Made by a program: the position numbers and the translations under genes
Notes under the pieces: generated by a model
Told to the model about the DNA's origin: nothing
Database searches by the model: none
The model's input: the letters and a program-made list of their open reading frames with translations, nothing else
Assembly: GCA_038153405.1 (NCBI GenBank)
Contig: JAYOYH010000018.1
Span: 45,980-90,868 of the forward strand
Direction of reading: 5' to 3'
Origin: Gemmatimonadota bacterium
GTDB taxonomy: Bacteria; Latescibacterota; UBA2968; UBA8231
DNA length: 44,889 bases
In this document: piece by piece, positions 18,147-28,511 of the stretch
How positions within the stretch are numbered: the stretch's first letter is position 1
How the letters are laid out: every line of letters starts with the position of its first letter

Positions 18147-18647
18147 ATGAACAGGCAACACCCAGATAAAAAAAAGCGTCTCGACGCCAATGTACGCATG
18201 CTCAACCGCCTCGTTCTGGGCGGTGTAGCCGTGTTTATACCAGTGTATTTTGCCCTGCGCTTCACGGGTGGAGAAGCTAAGAAATTAGAGAATATAAGCG
18301 AGATCGTTGGCCGCATTAAGAACCCCATCCTCTGGAGCGTTCCGCCCGATGGGGTGCGCTACGTCAACTATTTTCAGGGCGTTCCAGATGAGGGCAATAA
18401 ATTTGTTTTAGTTGACGTCAATATGAAGGCGCGCATGCGCATCGGTTTTCCCGTTGTGCCGCGCTGTTTTCGCCTAGTCGACGATCTTGATATACGGCAC
18501 TACCCGCGTTCGCATTCGCCCTTTTTCATTGCCTACGGCGATTCGTTTTACATGGGTCAGGACGAGGAGTATATCGGTAAACTGCTTTTTGAAATCCCCG
18601 CTAATAGAAAGGCGGAGAACCTGTTGTTCGACCGCTTTCAAGAATAG
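18147..18647 (+). CDS. Single-TM hypothetical protein with a DUF4352-like Ig domain
   Basis: TM aa ~20-37; PDEGNKFVLVDV...FRLVD...GKLLFEIP pattern. Confidence 0.6.
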   Translation: MNRQHPDKKKRLDANVRMLNRLVLGGVAVFIPVYFALRFTGGEAKKLENISEIVGRIKNPILWSVPPDGVRYVNYFQGVPDEGNKFVLVDVNMKARMRIGFPVVPRCFRLVDDLDIRHYPRSHSPFFIAYGDSFYMGQDEEYIGKLLFEIPANRKAENLLFDRFQE

Positions 18648-18659
18648 GAGAATATCACC

Positions 18660-19749
18660 ATGGCCACGGTAGAAGAAACGTTAGAAGTATGTGCGCAGCG
18701 ACTGCAGCGGTTGGGAGGCTATCTTTGACATCGATAGCAAGAAAACTCAGCTAACTGCTCTCGAAGGAGAAATGGCTGGCGCGAACTTTTGGAACGATCG
18801 GAAAAAAGCCGAACAGACATCGCGTCAGGCGCGCGTGCTCAAGGATTCGATCGAGTCATGGGAGAGGCTGCAGAAGCAGCTACAGGACCTTTGCGAACTG
18901 CAGGAGATCGCCGATGAAGAGGGCGATGCCGAAACGTTGGGAGAAATCGAAGCCGACTCACAGGCGTTGTCCAATGCCGTGGATGATCTTGAGTTTCGCA
19001 CGATGCTCGACGGCGATGACGACGACAAGAACGCCATCCTGGTCATTCACTCGGGTGCCGGCGGCACGGAAGCAGCCGACTGGGCCGAGATGCTGATGCG
19101 CATGTATACGCGATGGACTGAGCGCAACGACATGGAGAGCAGTATCATGGATATCCAGCCGGGAGATGAAGCCGGCGTGAAAGGCGTCACGATCGAGGTA
19201 AAGGGCGACTTTGCCTACGGCTATTTAAAAGCAGAGGCTGGCGTGCATCGCCTGGTGCGCATTTCTCCCTTTGACTCCAGCAGCCGGCGGCATACGTCTT
19301 TTGCCTCTGTCTTTGTCTATCCAGAAGTAGATGACGATATCGAAGTCGACCTCAAGGATGAAGACCTTAAAATCGAAGTATATCGCGCCGGCGGTGCCGG
19401 TGGCCAGCACGTCAATAAAACGTCCTCAGCTGTGCGCATAACGCACCTGCCGACCAATATCGTCGTGCAGTGCCAAAACGAGCGCTCGCAGCTAAAGAAC
19501 AAGGCGACTGCACTCAAAGTATTGGCGGCTCGCGTATACCAGTATTTCAAGGACGAAGAAGACAAGAAGCTGCAGGAGGTTGAAAGCTCGAAGAAGAGCA
19601 TTGACTTCGGCAGCCAGATTCGCTCGTACGTCTTTCATCCATACAACTTAGTCAAAGACCATCGCACCAGCTGTGAGACGGGCAATGTCCAAGCCGTTAT
19701 GGATGGCGATATCGACGCCTTTATAAAGGCGTTTCTCACCCAGGAATAG
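18660..19749 (+). CDS. prfB: Peptide chain release factor 2 (programmed +1 frameshift)
   Basis: ATG 18660 after AGGAG; 22 codons to CTT-TGA-C (18723-18729); the +1 frame carries SPF and GGQ motifs; ends TAG. Confidence 0.97.
18713..18729 (+). promoter_or_regulatory. RF2 autoregulatory +1 frameshift site
   Basis: Internal SD GGGAGG (18713-18718) followed by CTAT-CTT-TGA-C. Confidence 0.95.
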
Positions 19750-19753
19750 CCGG

Positions 19754-21016
19754 TTGAGCGTCTCTCTATTTATCGCCCGCCGCTATCTGCGTTCCAAGCA
19801 GACGAGCGGCTTTGTCTCCGTCATTGCCTACATGGCCGTTGGCGGCGTCGTACTCGGCGTGGCGGCGCTCGTCATCATTCTTTCGGTGACCAACGGCTTT
19901 TCCGGCGAGATAAAAAATCGACTGGTCGGCATGAATGCGCATATCAATATTCGCCGTTTTGATGGAGGTGCGATTCGCGAGTACCGCGAGCTGATCAACA
20001 AAGTCGAACAGTGGCCCGAAGTCGTAGGTGCTGCACCGGTTGTCGACAGCAAAGTAATTATCGTATCCAAGCGAGACTTTAGCCGCATCGACGGCATTCC
20101 AATCTGGGGTATCGACCCGCAAACGTTTCCGGCCGTTTCCGATTTGCCGCGCCATTTGCAATATGATGAACGCGGAGAAATCTTGCTGGGCGATGTGCCG
20201 GACATGGGCAAGAAGGGAATTATTCTCGGCGAGCATTTGGCGCGTCGCCTGCAGGTGGGGCCGGGATTTGACGTGCTGCTATTTACCATACGCAATCTCG
20301 ACGTGGAAGAGGCGGTAATGGATGGGCTGACGCCCAAGACCTGGCCCTTTCTCGTTACCGACCATTTTGAAAGCGGCATGTATCAGTACGACGATAACTA
20401 CGCCTTTATTCACATCGAAGACGCCCAGCGCATACTCGGGTTGGGCGATGCGGTGACGGATATTCATCTGCACGTGACCGACATATACCGCGCACCTGCT
20501 ATTCGCGCGGCGCTGGCAGAAGAGTTTGACTACCCGTACAGCGTCAGCGACTGGACGCAGTTATTCCCCGAGTTCTTTCGCTGGATCGAGTTGGAGAAGT
20601 GGGCGATTTTCATCGCGCTCAGTCTGATCGTTCTCGTTGCAGCCTTCAACATCATGTCCATTCTCGTCATGTCTGTACTCATCAAAACACCCGAGATCGG
20701 CATCCTACGGGCAATGGGCTGTACGGTGGGCGAAGTGTATCGCGCCTTTGTCTATCAGGGACTGATCATCGGCGGAGTCGGCACTGCCCTCGGTTGTATC
20801 ATTGGTTTTGCCGCGTGCTATGCCCAGCAGCGCTTTGATCTTATATCGATTCCCGGCGATGTCTATTTAATCAATTCGCTGCCTGTCGATATGAATGTGG
20901 CCGACTTTGCGCTGGTCATCCTCGTGAGCATGGTCATTTGCCTGTTGACCTCCATCTATCCAGCGCGCAAAGCCGCCTCGCTGATGCCGGTGCAGGCGAT
21001 TCGCTATATCATGTGA
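19754..21016 (+). CDS. lolC: Lipoprotein-releasing ABC transporter permease (LolC/E type)
   Basis: IARRYLR, LGVAALVIILSVTNGF, VAAFNI, EIGILRAMG, YPARKAA; adjacent to lolD. Confidence 0.85.
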   Translation: MSVSLFIARRYLRSKQTSGFVSVIAYMAVGGVVLGVAALVIILSVTNGFSGEIKNRLVGMNAHINIRRFDGGAIREYRELINKVEQWPEVVGAAPVVDSKVIIVSKRDFSRIDGIPIWGIDPQTFPAVSDLPRHLQYDERGEILLGDVPDMGKKGIILGEHLARRLQVGPGFDVLLFTIRNLDVEEAVMDGLTPKTWPFLVTDHFESGMYQYDDNYAFIHIEDAQRILGLGDAVTDIHLHVTDIYRAPAIRAALAEEFDYPYSVSDWTQLFPEFFRWIELEKWAIFIALSLIVLVAAFNIMSILVMSVLIKTPEIGILRAMGCTVGEVYRAFVYQGLIIGGVGTALGCIIGFAACYAQQRFDLISIPGDVYLINSLPVDMNVADFALVILVSMVICLLTSIYPARKAASLMPVQAIRYIM

Positions 21017-21023
21017 GTTGGGC

Positions 21024-21713
21024 ATGACCACTGCCGATACCATCGTGTTGGAAGCGCGCGATATCCGCAAGGGATACCGCTCGGGCGAGGGAGAACTGCG
21101 CGTTCTAAACGGCGTAGATTTGCAGGTGCGGCGCGGCGAACTCGTCGCGATTATGGGTGCATCGGGAGCTGGCAAAAGCACGTTGCTGCATATTTTGGGC
21201 ACGTTAGAAACGCCAACTTCGGGTCAGTTGTCCATTGCTAGCACGGACGTTGCCGCCCTAGATGAAGCGTCGCTTTCGCGCTTTCGCAATCGCCATATTG
21301 GCTTTGTTTTTCAGCACCATCGTCTGTTGCCCGAGTTTACTGCACTGGAAAACGTCCTCATGCCTGCGCTCATCGCACGGCAGGGAGCGGCTCAGCGCGA
21401 GATGGCAATCGAACTGTTAGAGGCCGTTGGTCTACAAGAGCGCATGAGCCATCGCCCGAGCGAGCTTTCCGGCGGTGAGTGCCAGCGCGTGGCGATGGTG
21501 CGCGCGTTGATCATGCAGCCCCAAGTCGTGCTGGCCGACGAGCCTTCGGGCAATTTGGACGAAGCGACCAGTGCCGTGCTGCATCAGCTGCTGCGCGACC
21601 TAGCTCAGCGCAACCAGCAGGCCTTTGTCGTGATGACGCACGACGAGCACTTGGCGGCCAATATGGATCGCATAGGATATCTGGAAGCGGGCGTCCTGCG
21701 CCTAGAGGACTGA
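21024..21713 (+). CDS. lolD: Lipoprotein-releasing ABC transporter ATPase
   Basis: GASGAGKST, IGFVFQHHRLLPEFTALENV, LSGGE, ADEPSGNLD. Confidence 0.9.
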   Translation: MTTADTIVLEARDIRKGYRSGEGELRVLNGVDLQVRRGELVAIMGASGAGKSTLLHILGTLETPTSGQLSIASTDVAALDEASLSRFRNRHIGFVFQHHRLLPEFTALENVLMPALIARQGAAQREMAIELLEAVGLQERMSHRPSELSGGECQRVAMVRALIMQPQVVLADEPSGNLDEATSAVLHQLLRDLAQRNQQAFVVMTHDEHLAANMDRIGYLEAGVLRLED

Positions 21714-21717
21714 GTCT

Positions 21718-22260
21718 ATGAAGTGCGAGATTTGCCACAGCAACGATGCGACGACGGCGTATACGCATATAGTTGACGACGCGAAGAAAACGCTTCTGCT
21801 CTGTGCCAACTGCGTTCCTAAAAGCGAGCGGAGCGAGCGGGCGGAGCCGTCCGAGGCACAGGCTCAGCAACACGTGCCGGTGCTCGTCAAAAAGGTGAAA
21901 GTGGAGTTTGGTACGGCACCGTCTCCGGAGACCTCCGCGGCGGGGCCCTGTGATGGATGTGGGATGACCTACGAGCAGTTTAAAAAGGTGGGGCGACTCG
22001 GGTGCCATCGCTGTTATGCGGTATTTGGAGCACAGCTAGAGCGCCTGTTAAAGCGCATACACGGCGCCGATGCGCACTGTGGCAAGGGGCGCATTGACGA
22101 ACGTGCGGCACCGCGTCCTGCAGAGGCGTTGGATGAGTTGCGCAGCGAACTGAGCAAGGCGGTCGAACGCGAAGATTTTGAGCGCGCAGCGCAAATCCGC
22201 GATCGCATCCGCACGATCGAGGCAGAGGGGCAACGCCCCGTTGGTGAGGCCGAGCGTTGA
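21718..22260 (+). CDS. mcsA: Protein-arginine kinase activator McsA
   Basis: Four CXXC motifs (CEIC, CANC, CDGC, CHRC), GRLGC, RIHG, C-terminal UVR domain EDFERAAQIRDRI. Confidence 0.93.
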   Translation: MKCEICHSNDATTAYTHIVDDAKKTLLLCANCVPKSERSERAEPSEAQAQQHVPVLVKKVKVEFGTAPSPETSAAGPCDGCGMTYEQFKKVGRLGCHRCYAVFGAQLERLLKRIHGADAHCGKGRIDERAAPRPAEALDELRSELSKAVEREDFERAAQIRDRIRTIEAEGQRPVGEAER

Positions 22261-23333
22261 ATATCGGCGAACTCGTTGGCAATCGCGCCCAGTGGCTCAG
22301 CGGCGAAGCGGACGGCGATGGAATTGTTGTCAGCTGTCGCGCACGTTTAGCGCGGAATATATCGACCGCACCGTTCGCGCCCAAGGCGACCGTAGACGAT
22401 CAGGAGCGGATTATCGAGCGCGTCTTGAATGCCGCCCAGCATAGCCGTCACATGTGCAGTGCTTCGTTTTTCAAAATGAATGCGCTGCAGGAGAGCGAGC
22501 GGCTTCTGCTGGTCGAGCGCCATTTGGTCAGTCCGGCACTGGCCGAGAGCAAGGGGCAGCGCGGGGTGCTCTTTAACCGAGACGAGGCGCTGAGCATTAT
22601 GATTAACGAAGAGGACCACTTGCGCCTGCAGGCGATTCTGCCTGGTCTACAGGCGCAGGGCGCGTGGAACGCCGTGGATGCGCTCGACGACGATCTGGGT
22701 TCTTCGCTGCCGTATGCCCACACCGATCGATGGGGTTTTCTGACGGCGTGTCCGACCAATGTGGGAACGGGTTTACGCGTCTCCGTGCTGATTCACCTGC
22801 CGGCGCTGGTGCTGACAGAAGATATGGAACGCGTAACGCGCGGCTTGATGAAGATGGCGTTTACCGTGCGCGGTTTTTACGGCGAGGGAACGAATCCGGT
22901 AGGCAATTTATTTCAAATATCAAACCAGTCGACGCTCGGGGTTGAAGAGGGCAAAATCGTCGAAATGCTCACGACGATTACACAGCAAATCATAGCGTGT
23001 GAAAAAGACGCGCAGGACGCGCTCTTAAAAGAGGCGCGCTCGCAGGTCGAAGACAAGATTTGGCGCGCGTACGGGCTGCTCTCGCACGCGCGCGTCTTGA
23101 GCAGTCAGGAATTTATGAACCTGCTTTCCGCCGTGCGCTTGGGGCGCAGTTTGGGTTTGGTAAAGACGGTGGATTCCAGCTTTATGAACCACCTGATGAT
23201 CATAACCCAGCCGTCGCATTTGCAGATGGAGCGCGGGGGCGAACTGGCTCCGGAAGAGCGCGATATTTACCGCGCCGAACGGGTGCGCTCGCGCTTTGCG
23301 ACCCGGCCGGCAGACGGGGCTGGGTTACCTTGA
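22257..23333 (+). CDS. mcsB: Protein-arginine kinase McsB
   Basis: RARLARN, LVERHLVS, NEEDHLR, CPTNVGTG, RGFYGEG, QISNQ; TTG start overlaps the mcsA stop. Confidence 0.95.
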   Translation: MNIGELVGNRAQWLSGEADGDGIVVSCRARLARNISTAPFAPKATVDDQERIIERVLNAAQHSRHMCSASFFKMNALQESERLLLVERHLVSPALAESKGQRGVLFNRDEALSIMINEEDHLRLQAILPGLQAQGAWNAVDALDDDLGSSLPYAHTDRWGFLTACPTNVGTGLRVSVLIHLPALVLTEDMERVTRGLMKMAFTVRGFYGEGTNPVGNLFQISNQSTLGVEEGKIVEMLTTITQQIIACEKDAQDALLKEARSQVEDKIWRAYGLLSHARVLSSQEFMNLLSAVRLGRSLGLVKTVDSSFMNHLMIITQPSHLQMERGGELAPEERDIYRAERVRSRFATRPADGAGLP

Positions 23334-23358
23334 CAACGCTACGCCCTTTTGGTAGTTT
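23330..23358 (+). promoter_or_regulatory. Internal sigma70-type promoter for clpC
   Basis: TTGACA (23330-23335), 17 bp, TAGTTT (23353-23358) with extended -10 TG. Confidence 0.6.
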
Positions 23359-23398
23359 CAGAAAAGGCCCACCGGGGGCTAAATCATTCCTAACACAT

Positions 23399-23413
23399 TG
23401 ATAATTATTATAA
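23399..23413. promoter_or_regulatory. Fur/PerR-like 7-1-7 operator
   Basis: TGATAATTATTATAA: one mismatch to the Fur box TGATAATnATTATCA and one to the Per box TTATAATnATTATAA. Confidence 0.55.
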
Positions 23414-23463
23414 ATAAAGCATACGCGGTAGTCGGTTAAAGATGAGCCGCGGAGGTCTATTTC

Positions 23464-25929
23464 ATGAATAATATGTTTACCGATGGCGTCAAACGCGTCA
23501 TGCAGTTGGCCCGAGAAGAATCCGCGCGCTTGGGGCATAACTACATTGGCACTGAACACCTGTTATTGGGCATCATAAAGGACGGCAAAGGCAAGGCCGT
23601 TACGGTGCTGACCAACCTGGGGTTAAGCCTAGAGACGGTCAAGCAATCGGTCGAGGATTACGTGGCCACTTCGGGGGGTACGATGACCATTGGCGAGGTG
23701 CCGTTCACGCCGCGCGCCAAACAGATCTTAGAGGTCGCGGCCAACGAAGCCAAAGAAATGAAGACGCAGTTCGTCGACGTCGAGCACCTGCTGCTCGCCT
23801 TGTTGAAGGACAAGGAAGGCGTCGCAGCGCAAATTCTCGCCGCATTTGGCGTCGACTATAAGACCGCGATGGAAGAGACGTTAGCCGTGTTGGAGGGCAA
23901 AACGACGGGCCGCAAGGAAAAGGGCAAGAAGAGCAAGACGCCGTTTCTCGATCACTTTGGTCGCGACCTGACGCAGCTGGCGCGCGAGGGCAAGCTCGAT
24001 CCGGTCATCGGTCGGCAGAAGGAAATCGAGCGCGTTACGCAGATCCTCAGCCGCCGCAAGAAAAACAACCCCATCCTCATCGGCGACCCCGGCGTCGGCA
24101 AGACGGCCATCGTCGAAGGGCTCGCTCAGCGCATTATAGAGAAGCGCGTTCCGCAAATCTTGCTCGACAAGCGCTTGGTGACGCTCGATATGGGAGGCGT
24201 TGTCGCCGGCACCAAATACCGCGGTCAGTTTGAAGAGCGCATCAAGGCGGTGATGAACGAGCTACAGCAAAATACCGAGGTCATCATCTTTATCGACGAG
24301 CTGCACACGATTGTCGGTGCGGGCAGTGCCGAGGGCACGCTCGATGCATCCAATATGTTTAAGCCGGCGCTGGCACGCGGCGAATTGCAGTGCATTGGCG
24401 CCACTACGCTCGATGAATACCGCAAGCACATCGAGAAGGACGGTGCGCTGGAGCGCCGCTTTCAAAACATTATGGTCGACCCGCCGTCAGTCGAGGATAC
24501 CATTGAAATTCTCAAGGGGTTGCGCACCAGCTACGAGGCCCATCACCACGTCGAATTTCCCGACCATGTGATTTCCTACGTCGTGCGTCAGTCGGATCGC
24601 TATATCAGCGACCGCTACTTACCCGACAAGGCCATCGATGTCCTCGATGAGACGGGTTCGCGCGTGCATTTGGCGCGCCTTAGTCCTCCCGAACAAATCA
24701 GCAAATTGGAGGGCGAAATCCAGGAGATAAATCGCCAAAAGAACGAAGCAGCGGAGCGGCAGGATTTTGAAGAGGCCGTCATTCTGCGCGACAAGGCACT
24801 GCAGCTGGGCGAAGAGCTGCAGCGCAGCCGTCAGGAGTGGGAAGAGAAGGTCCGCGACGAGGTCGTGCAGGTCAGCGAAGACAATATCGCCGAAGTCATA
24901 GCTAGCATGACGGGTATTCCCATAACGCGACTGGCCAAGAGCGAGAGCGATCGGCTGCTGGCCATGGAGAGCGAGCTCAAAAAGAAGATCATTGGTCAAG
25001 AGCAGGCGGTCACGGCCATATCGCGTGCCATTCGCCGCAGCAGGGCCGGCCTGCAGGATCCGCGCCGTCCCATCGGTTCGTTTATCTTTCTCGGGCCGAC
25101 CGGCGTTGGTAAGACGGAACTGGCCAAGCGTCTGGCAGAGTTTCTCTTTGACGATGAAGAGGCGCTGATCTCCGTCGACATGTCCGAATACATGGAGAAG
25201 TTCGCCGTTTCGCGCCTGATTGGCGCGCCTCCGGGCTACGTCGGCTTTGACGAGGGAGGCCAGCTAACGGAAAAGGTGCGCCGCCGTCCCTATTCGGTCA
25301 TATTGCTCGACGAGATCGAAAAGGCCCATCCAGACGTATTCAATATTCTGCTGCAAATCCTCGACGAAGGGCGGCTGACTGACAGCACTGGACGCAAGGT
25401 TGACTTTAGCAACACCGTCATGATCATGACCTCTAATATCGGCAGCCGCGACGTCGGTACGGGCGGTGTGCTCGGCTTCCAAAAATCCGATGCCGATACG
25501 CTGCACGAGCTGATGGAGGGCAAGATAAACGATGCGCTGAAAAAGACCTTCAATCCGGAATTTATCAACCGCGTCGACGATGCGATTATCTTTCATGCGC
25601 TGACCAAAGAGCATATTAACGAGATCATCGACATCACGCTCAACGAGTTTAAAAAGCGCCTAGAAAACCAGGACATCGGTCTGCGCATCACGCCGGGAGC
25701 CAAGAACCTAATGGCCGATAAGGGTTTTGATATGGCGTTCGGCGCGCGCTATCTCAAGCGCACGGTGCAGAAGATGTTGGAAGATCCGCTGGCAGAAGAA
25801 ATTCTCAACGGTCACTTTGCTGCCGGTAGTCGAATCCGCGTTACCAAGAAGGGCGAAGAGCTCGTTTTTGACGAAGAGCGCGGCGATTCCGAAGAAAAAG
25901 TAGAAGAAAAGAAGGAAACTGCCGGTTAA
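23464..25929 (+). CDS. clpC: ATP-dependent Clp protease ATPase ClpC
   Basis: Double Clp-N repeat; GDPGVGKT and GPTGVGKT Walker A motifs; UVR middle domain; LGF ClpP-docking loop; follows mcsAB. Confidence 0.97.
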   Translation: MNNMFTDGVKRVMQLAREESARLGHNYIGTEHLLLGIIKDGKGKAVTVLTNLGLSLETVKQSVEDYVATSGGTMTIGEVPFTPRAKQILEVAANEAKEMKTQFVDVEHLLLALLKDKEGVAAQILAAFGVDYKTAMEETLAVLEGKTTGRKEKGKKSKTPFLDHFGRDLTQLAREGKLDPVIGRQKEIERVTQILSRRKKNNPILIGDPGVGKTAIVEGLAQRIIEKRVPQILLDKRLVTLDMGGVVAGTKYRGQFEERIKAVMNELQQNTEVIIFIDELHTIVGAGSAEGTLDASNMFKPALARGELQCIGATTLDEYRKHIEKDGALERRFQNIMVDPPSVEDTIEILKGLRTSYEAHHHVEFPDHVISYVVRQSDRYISDRYLPDKAIDVLDETGSRVHLARLSPPEQISKLEGEIQEINRQKNEAAERQDFEEAVILRDKALQLGEELQRSRQEWEEKVRDEVVQVSEDNIAEVIASMTGIPITRLAKSESDRLLAMESELKKKIIGQEQAVTAISRAIRRSRAGLQDPRRPIGSFIFLGPTGVGKTELAKRLAEFLFDDEEALISVDMSEYMEKFAVSRLIGAPPGYVGFDEGGQLTEKVRRRPYSVILLDEIEKAHPDVFNILLQILDEGRLTDSTGRKVDFSNTVMIMTSNIGSRDVGTGGVLGFQKSDADTLHELMEGKINDALKKTFNPEFINRVDDAIIFHALTKEHINEIIDITLNEFKKRLENQDIGLRITPGAKNLMADKGFDMAFGARYLKRTVQKMLEDPLAEEILNGHFAAGSRIRVTKKGEELVFDEERGDSEEKVEEKKETAG

Positions 25930-25960
25930 GTTCGGTCGTTTAACGCATAGACTATTTTTT

Positions 25961-25998
25961 ATAGAGCCGCTCTATCAAAGCCGATAGAGCGGCTCTAC
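25961..25998. repeat. 15-bp perfect inverted repeat built from two tandem 13-bp palindromes
   Basis: TAGAGCCGCTCTATC (25962-25976) / GATAGAGCGGCTCTA (25983-25997); each arm contains TAGAGC-S-GCTCTA. Confidence 0.8.
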
Positions 25999-26025
25999 AC
26001 TTGTAGCAACGGGGATAATCAATAG

Positions 26026-28398
26026 ATGGTTTGCATATCGCGCGCATTGATTGCGCTGGCTCTTGCCCTGCTGATATCGACGAGTGGCGATGCACAGAAG
26101 GTCGTCGATATCGAGGTGCGCGGCGAACTGCGCAAAGTCGCCCAATCACTGATCCTTACCACGGTGGGCTTGGAGCCAGGCGTGGAATTATCCCAGGAAA
26201 ACGTGCAGCAGGCCGTGCGCGACCTGCAGGGCCTCAACGTTTTTGAGGATATACAAATCTGGGGCGATCCCGTTCCGGGTGGTATGAAACTCATCGTTGT
26301 CGTGTCGGAGTACCCGGCGTTAGACGGGCTGCGCTTTAAGGGATACGACAATGTAAAAGAGAAGGACATGCAAGAGGCGCTCGGCTTGGTGGTCGGTCAG
26401 GTCGTCGCTCCCAAAGATTTGGTGCGCGGCGAGCAGAAAATTCTCGACTTGTACAAAGAAAAAGGATATCTACGCGCCGAAGTGAAGGGGCAGATGTTCG
26501 ATTCGGAGCAAGAAGGTCGCGTATATATCCAATACGATATAAACGAGGGCGATAAGGTGCGGATCCGCGGCATACGCCTGGTGCAGCACCGGCTCGATGG
26601 CACGTCCGTAGACAGCGACTCGCTGGCGCCGCGCAACCCGCGCCGACCCAAGCGCTGGGAAGCGGATAGCCCGATGCCCCAGCAGCTGCGTGCGCTTATG
26701 GAGACCAAGACCAAGCACTGGTGGCGCAAAGGCGAGTTTAACGGCGATACGTATGCTCAGGACAAGGACAAACTACTGGCCTACTACCGGAGTCTCGGTT
26801 TCCAGCAGGCCGGCGTTCTGCGCGACAGCGTCTACTACGACTCGACGCGCAAAGATCTGTTTATCGAACTGGAATTGGACGAGGGGTTGCAGTATCGCCT
26901 AGGGTCGATGTCCTTTGCCGGCAATACGATTCTCTCAGAGGACAAGCTGGCGGAAAAGTTGCGCCTCGGCGAGGGCGATACCTATGGCCTATCCGGCGCC
27001 GAACTGGCCGATATGGCCCGCTTTGCCTATTACGAAGAGGGTTATCTGGACACGCGCGTGGTGCCGTCGGAGACGGTGCGCGGCGACACGGTCGACGTGG
27101 CGTTCCAAATTTTTGAAGGACAGCCGTGGACGATTCGTCGCATCGACATTGCCGGCAATACGAAAACGCGCGAGAAGGTGATCCGCCGCGAGGTCGAGTT
27201 GCGTCCCGGCGACATTTACCAGCAGGATTTGGTGCAGGAAAGCCAGCGGCGCATCTACATGCTCAACTATTTCAAAGACGTGCAGATCCAACCGGAGTAC
27301 AGCCCCATTGAGGGCGAGCGTCTGGTCGATCTAAAGTTCAACGTCGAAGAGCAGCCGACCGGTCAGGCTTCAATGGGGGCCGGCTACAGCGACCGCGATA
27401 AACTGGTCGGTCAAATAGGTCTGCGCGTTCCCAACTTCCGCGGCAAAGGGCAAAACGTCGACTTTAGCTGGGAATTTGGCACGCGTCGCGAGCAGTTCCT
27501 CGTCGGTTTTACCGAGCCGTGGCTCTTTGATTCGCCGACGAGTCTTTCGCTGCGCGTTTATACCCTCAATAACCAGTACTACGATTTATACGATTTCCGC
27601 CGCAATTCGATCAGCCTACGCGTTGGGCGCCGCCTGAAGAAACCGGCCTATTCTAGCGTGTCAGTCGGTTATCGTTTGGAGAGCGAACGCTATACCGATT
27701 TCGGTGAAGATTTTGATGAATCGCTATTGACCAGCAGCGTGTATGGAAATCGCTATGAGCCGATAACGACCAGCAGCTTTGAACTGGTATTCTCGCGCGA
27801 TACGCGCGACCAGGCGCAGTTTCCCACCAAGGGCACGCAGATTTCCTATCGCCCTGAACTGGCGTCTTCGCTGGTGGCCGGTGACGTCGATTTCCACAAA
27901 CACGAAATTACTGCCAACTACTACCAGCCCAGTTGGTGGAAGTTCGTCTTTAGTCTTGAATCCAAGGTTGCCGTAGTCGATGGTTTCTCCGATTGGGACG
28001 ATCGCAATCTATCGGTGTGGGAGCGTTTTTCACCGGGCGGTGTCGATATGTGGGATGGTCAAGTGCGCGGCTATCCCGACCGTTCGTTGGGACCGCGCAT
28101 CTCGGGCGTGCCGCTGGGCGGGCGTTCGATGATCGTGATCAATCTCGAATACCGCTTTCCGATCGCCGAGCAGCAGGTCTACGGCGTCCTTTTCGCCGAT
28201 GCCGGAAACGCGTGGGAAAAGATTCCCGATCTCAGCCCACTCGACCTGCGTCGCTCGCTGGGTTTTGGCTTTCGCGTGATGACGCCCATGCTCGGTCTGA
28301 TCGGCTTTGATTTTGGCTATGGTTTTGACCGCAAAGAAGTGGACGGTTCGGCGGCCGGTTGGCATACCCACTTTCAATTTGGCCCGCAATTCTTTTAG
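26026..28398 (+). CDS. bamA: Outer membrane protein assembly factor BamA
   Basis: Signal peptide, POTRA repeats (GNTKTREKVIRRE), FTEPWLFD, VRGY, C-terminal FQFGPQFF. Confidence 0.95.
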   Translation: MVCISRALIALALALLISTSGDAQKVVDIEVRGELRKVAQSLILTTVGLEPGVELSQENVQQAVRDLQGLNVFEDIQIWGDPVPGGMKLIVVVSEYPALDGLRFKGYDNVKEKDMQEALGLVVGQVVAPKDLVRGEQKILDLYKEKGYLRAEVKGQMFDSEQEGRVYIQYDINEGDKVRIRGIRLVQHRLDGTSVDSDSLAPRNPRRPKRWEADSPMPQQLRALMETKTKHWWRKGEFNGDTYAQDKDKLLAYYRSLGFQQAGVLRDSVYYDSTRKDLFIELELDEGLQYRLGSMSFAGNTILSEDKLAEKLRLGEGDTYGLSGAELADMARFAYYEEGYLDTRVVPSETVRGDTVDVAFQIFEGQPWTIRRIDIAGNTKTREKVIRREVELRPGDIYQQDLVQESQRRIYMLNYFKDVQIQPEYSPIEGERLVDLKFNVEEQPTGQASMGAGYSDRDKLVGQIGLRVPNFRGKGQNVDFSWEFGTRREQFLVGFTEPWLFDSPTSLSLRVYTLNNQYYDLYDFRRNSISLRVGRRLKKPAYSSVSVGYRLESERYTDFGEDFDESLLTSSVYGNRYEPITTSSFELVFSRDTRDQAQFPTKGTQISYRPELASSLVAGDVDFHKHEITANYYQPSWWKFVFSLESKVAVVDGFSDWDDRNLSVWERFSPGGVDMWDGQVRGYPDRSLGPRISGVPLGGRSMIVINLEYRFPIAEQQVYGVLFADAGNAWEKIPDLSPLDLRRSLGFGFRVMTPMLGLIGFDFGYGFDRKEVDGSAAGWHTHFQFGPQFF

Positions 28399-28511
28399 CG
28401 TGTGGTGCATCGCGTTGCTGTGCCAGTAAAACGCTGTATTTCTAAATGGCCGCCTGCGCCTTATATTATCCACGCACGTATAGATTGGCGATTTATATAA
28501 GAGGAGTCCGT

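Noticed and set aside
21700..23463. CtsR heptad repeat or CIRCE near mcsA or clpC
   Set aside because: No RGTCAAA-NAN-RGTCAAA or TTAGCACTC-N9-GAGTGCTAA found by eye.
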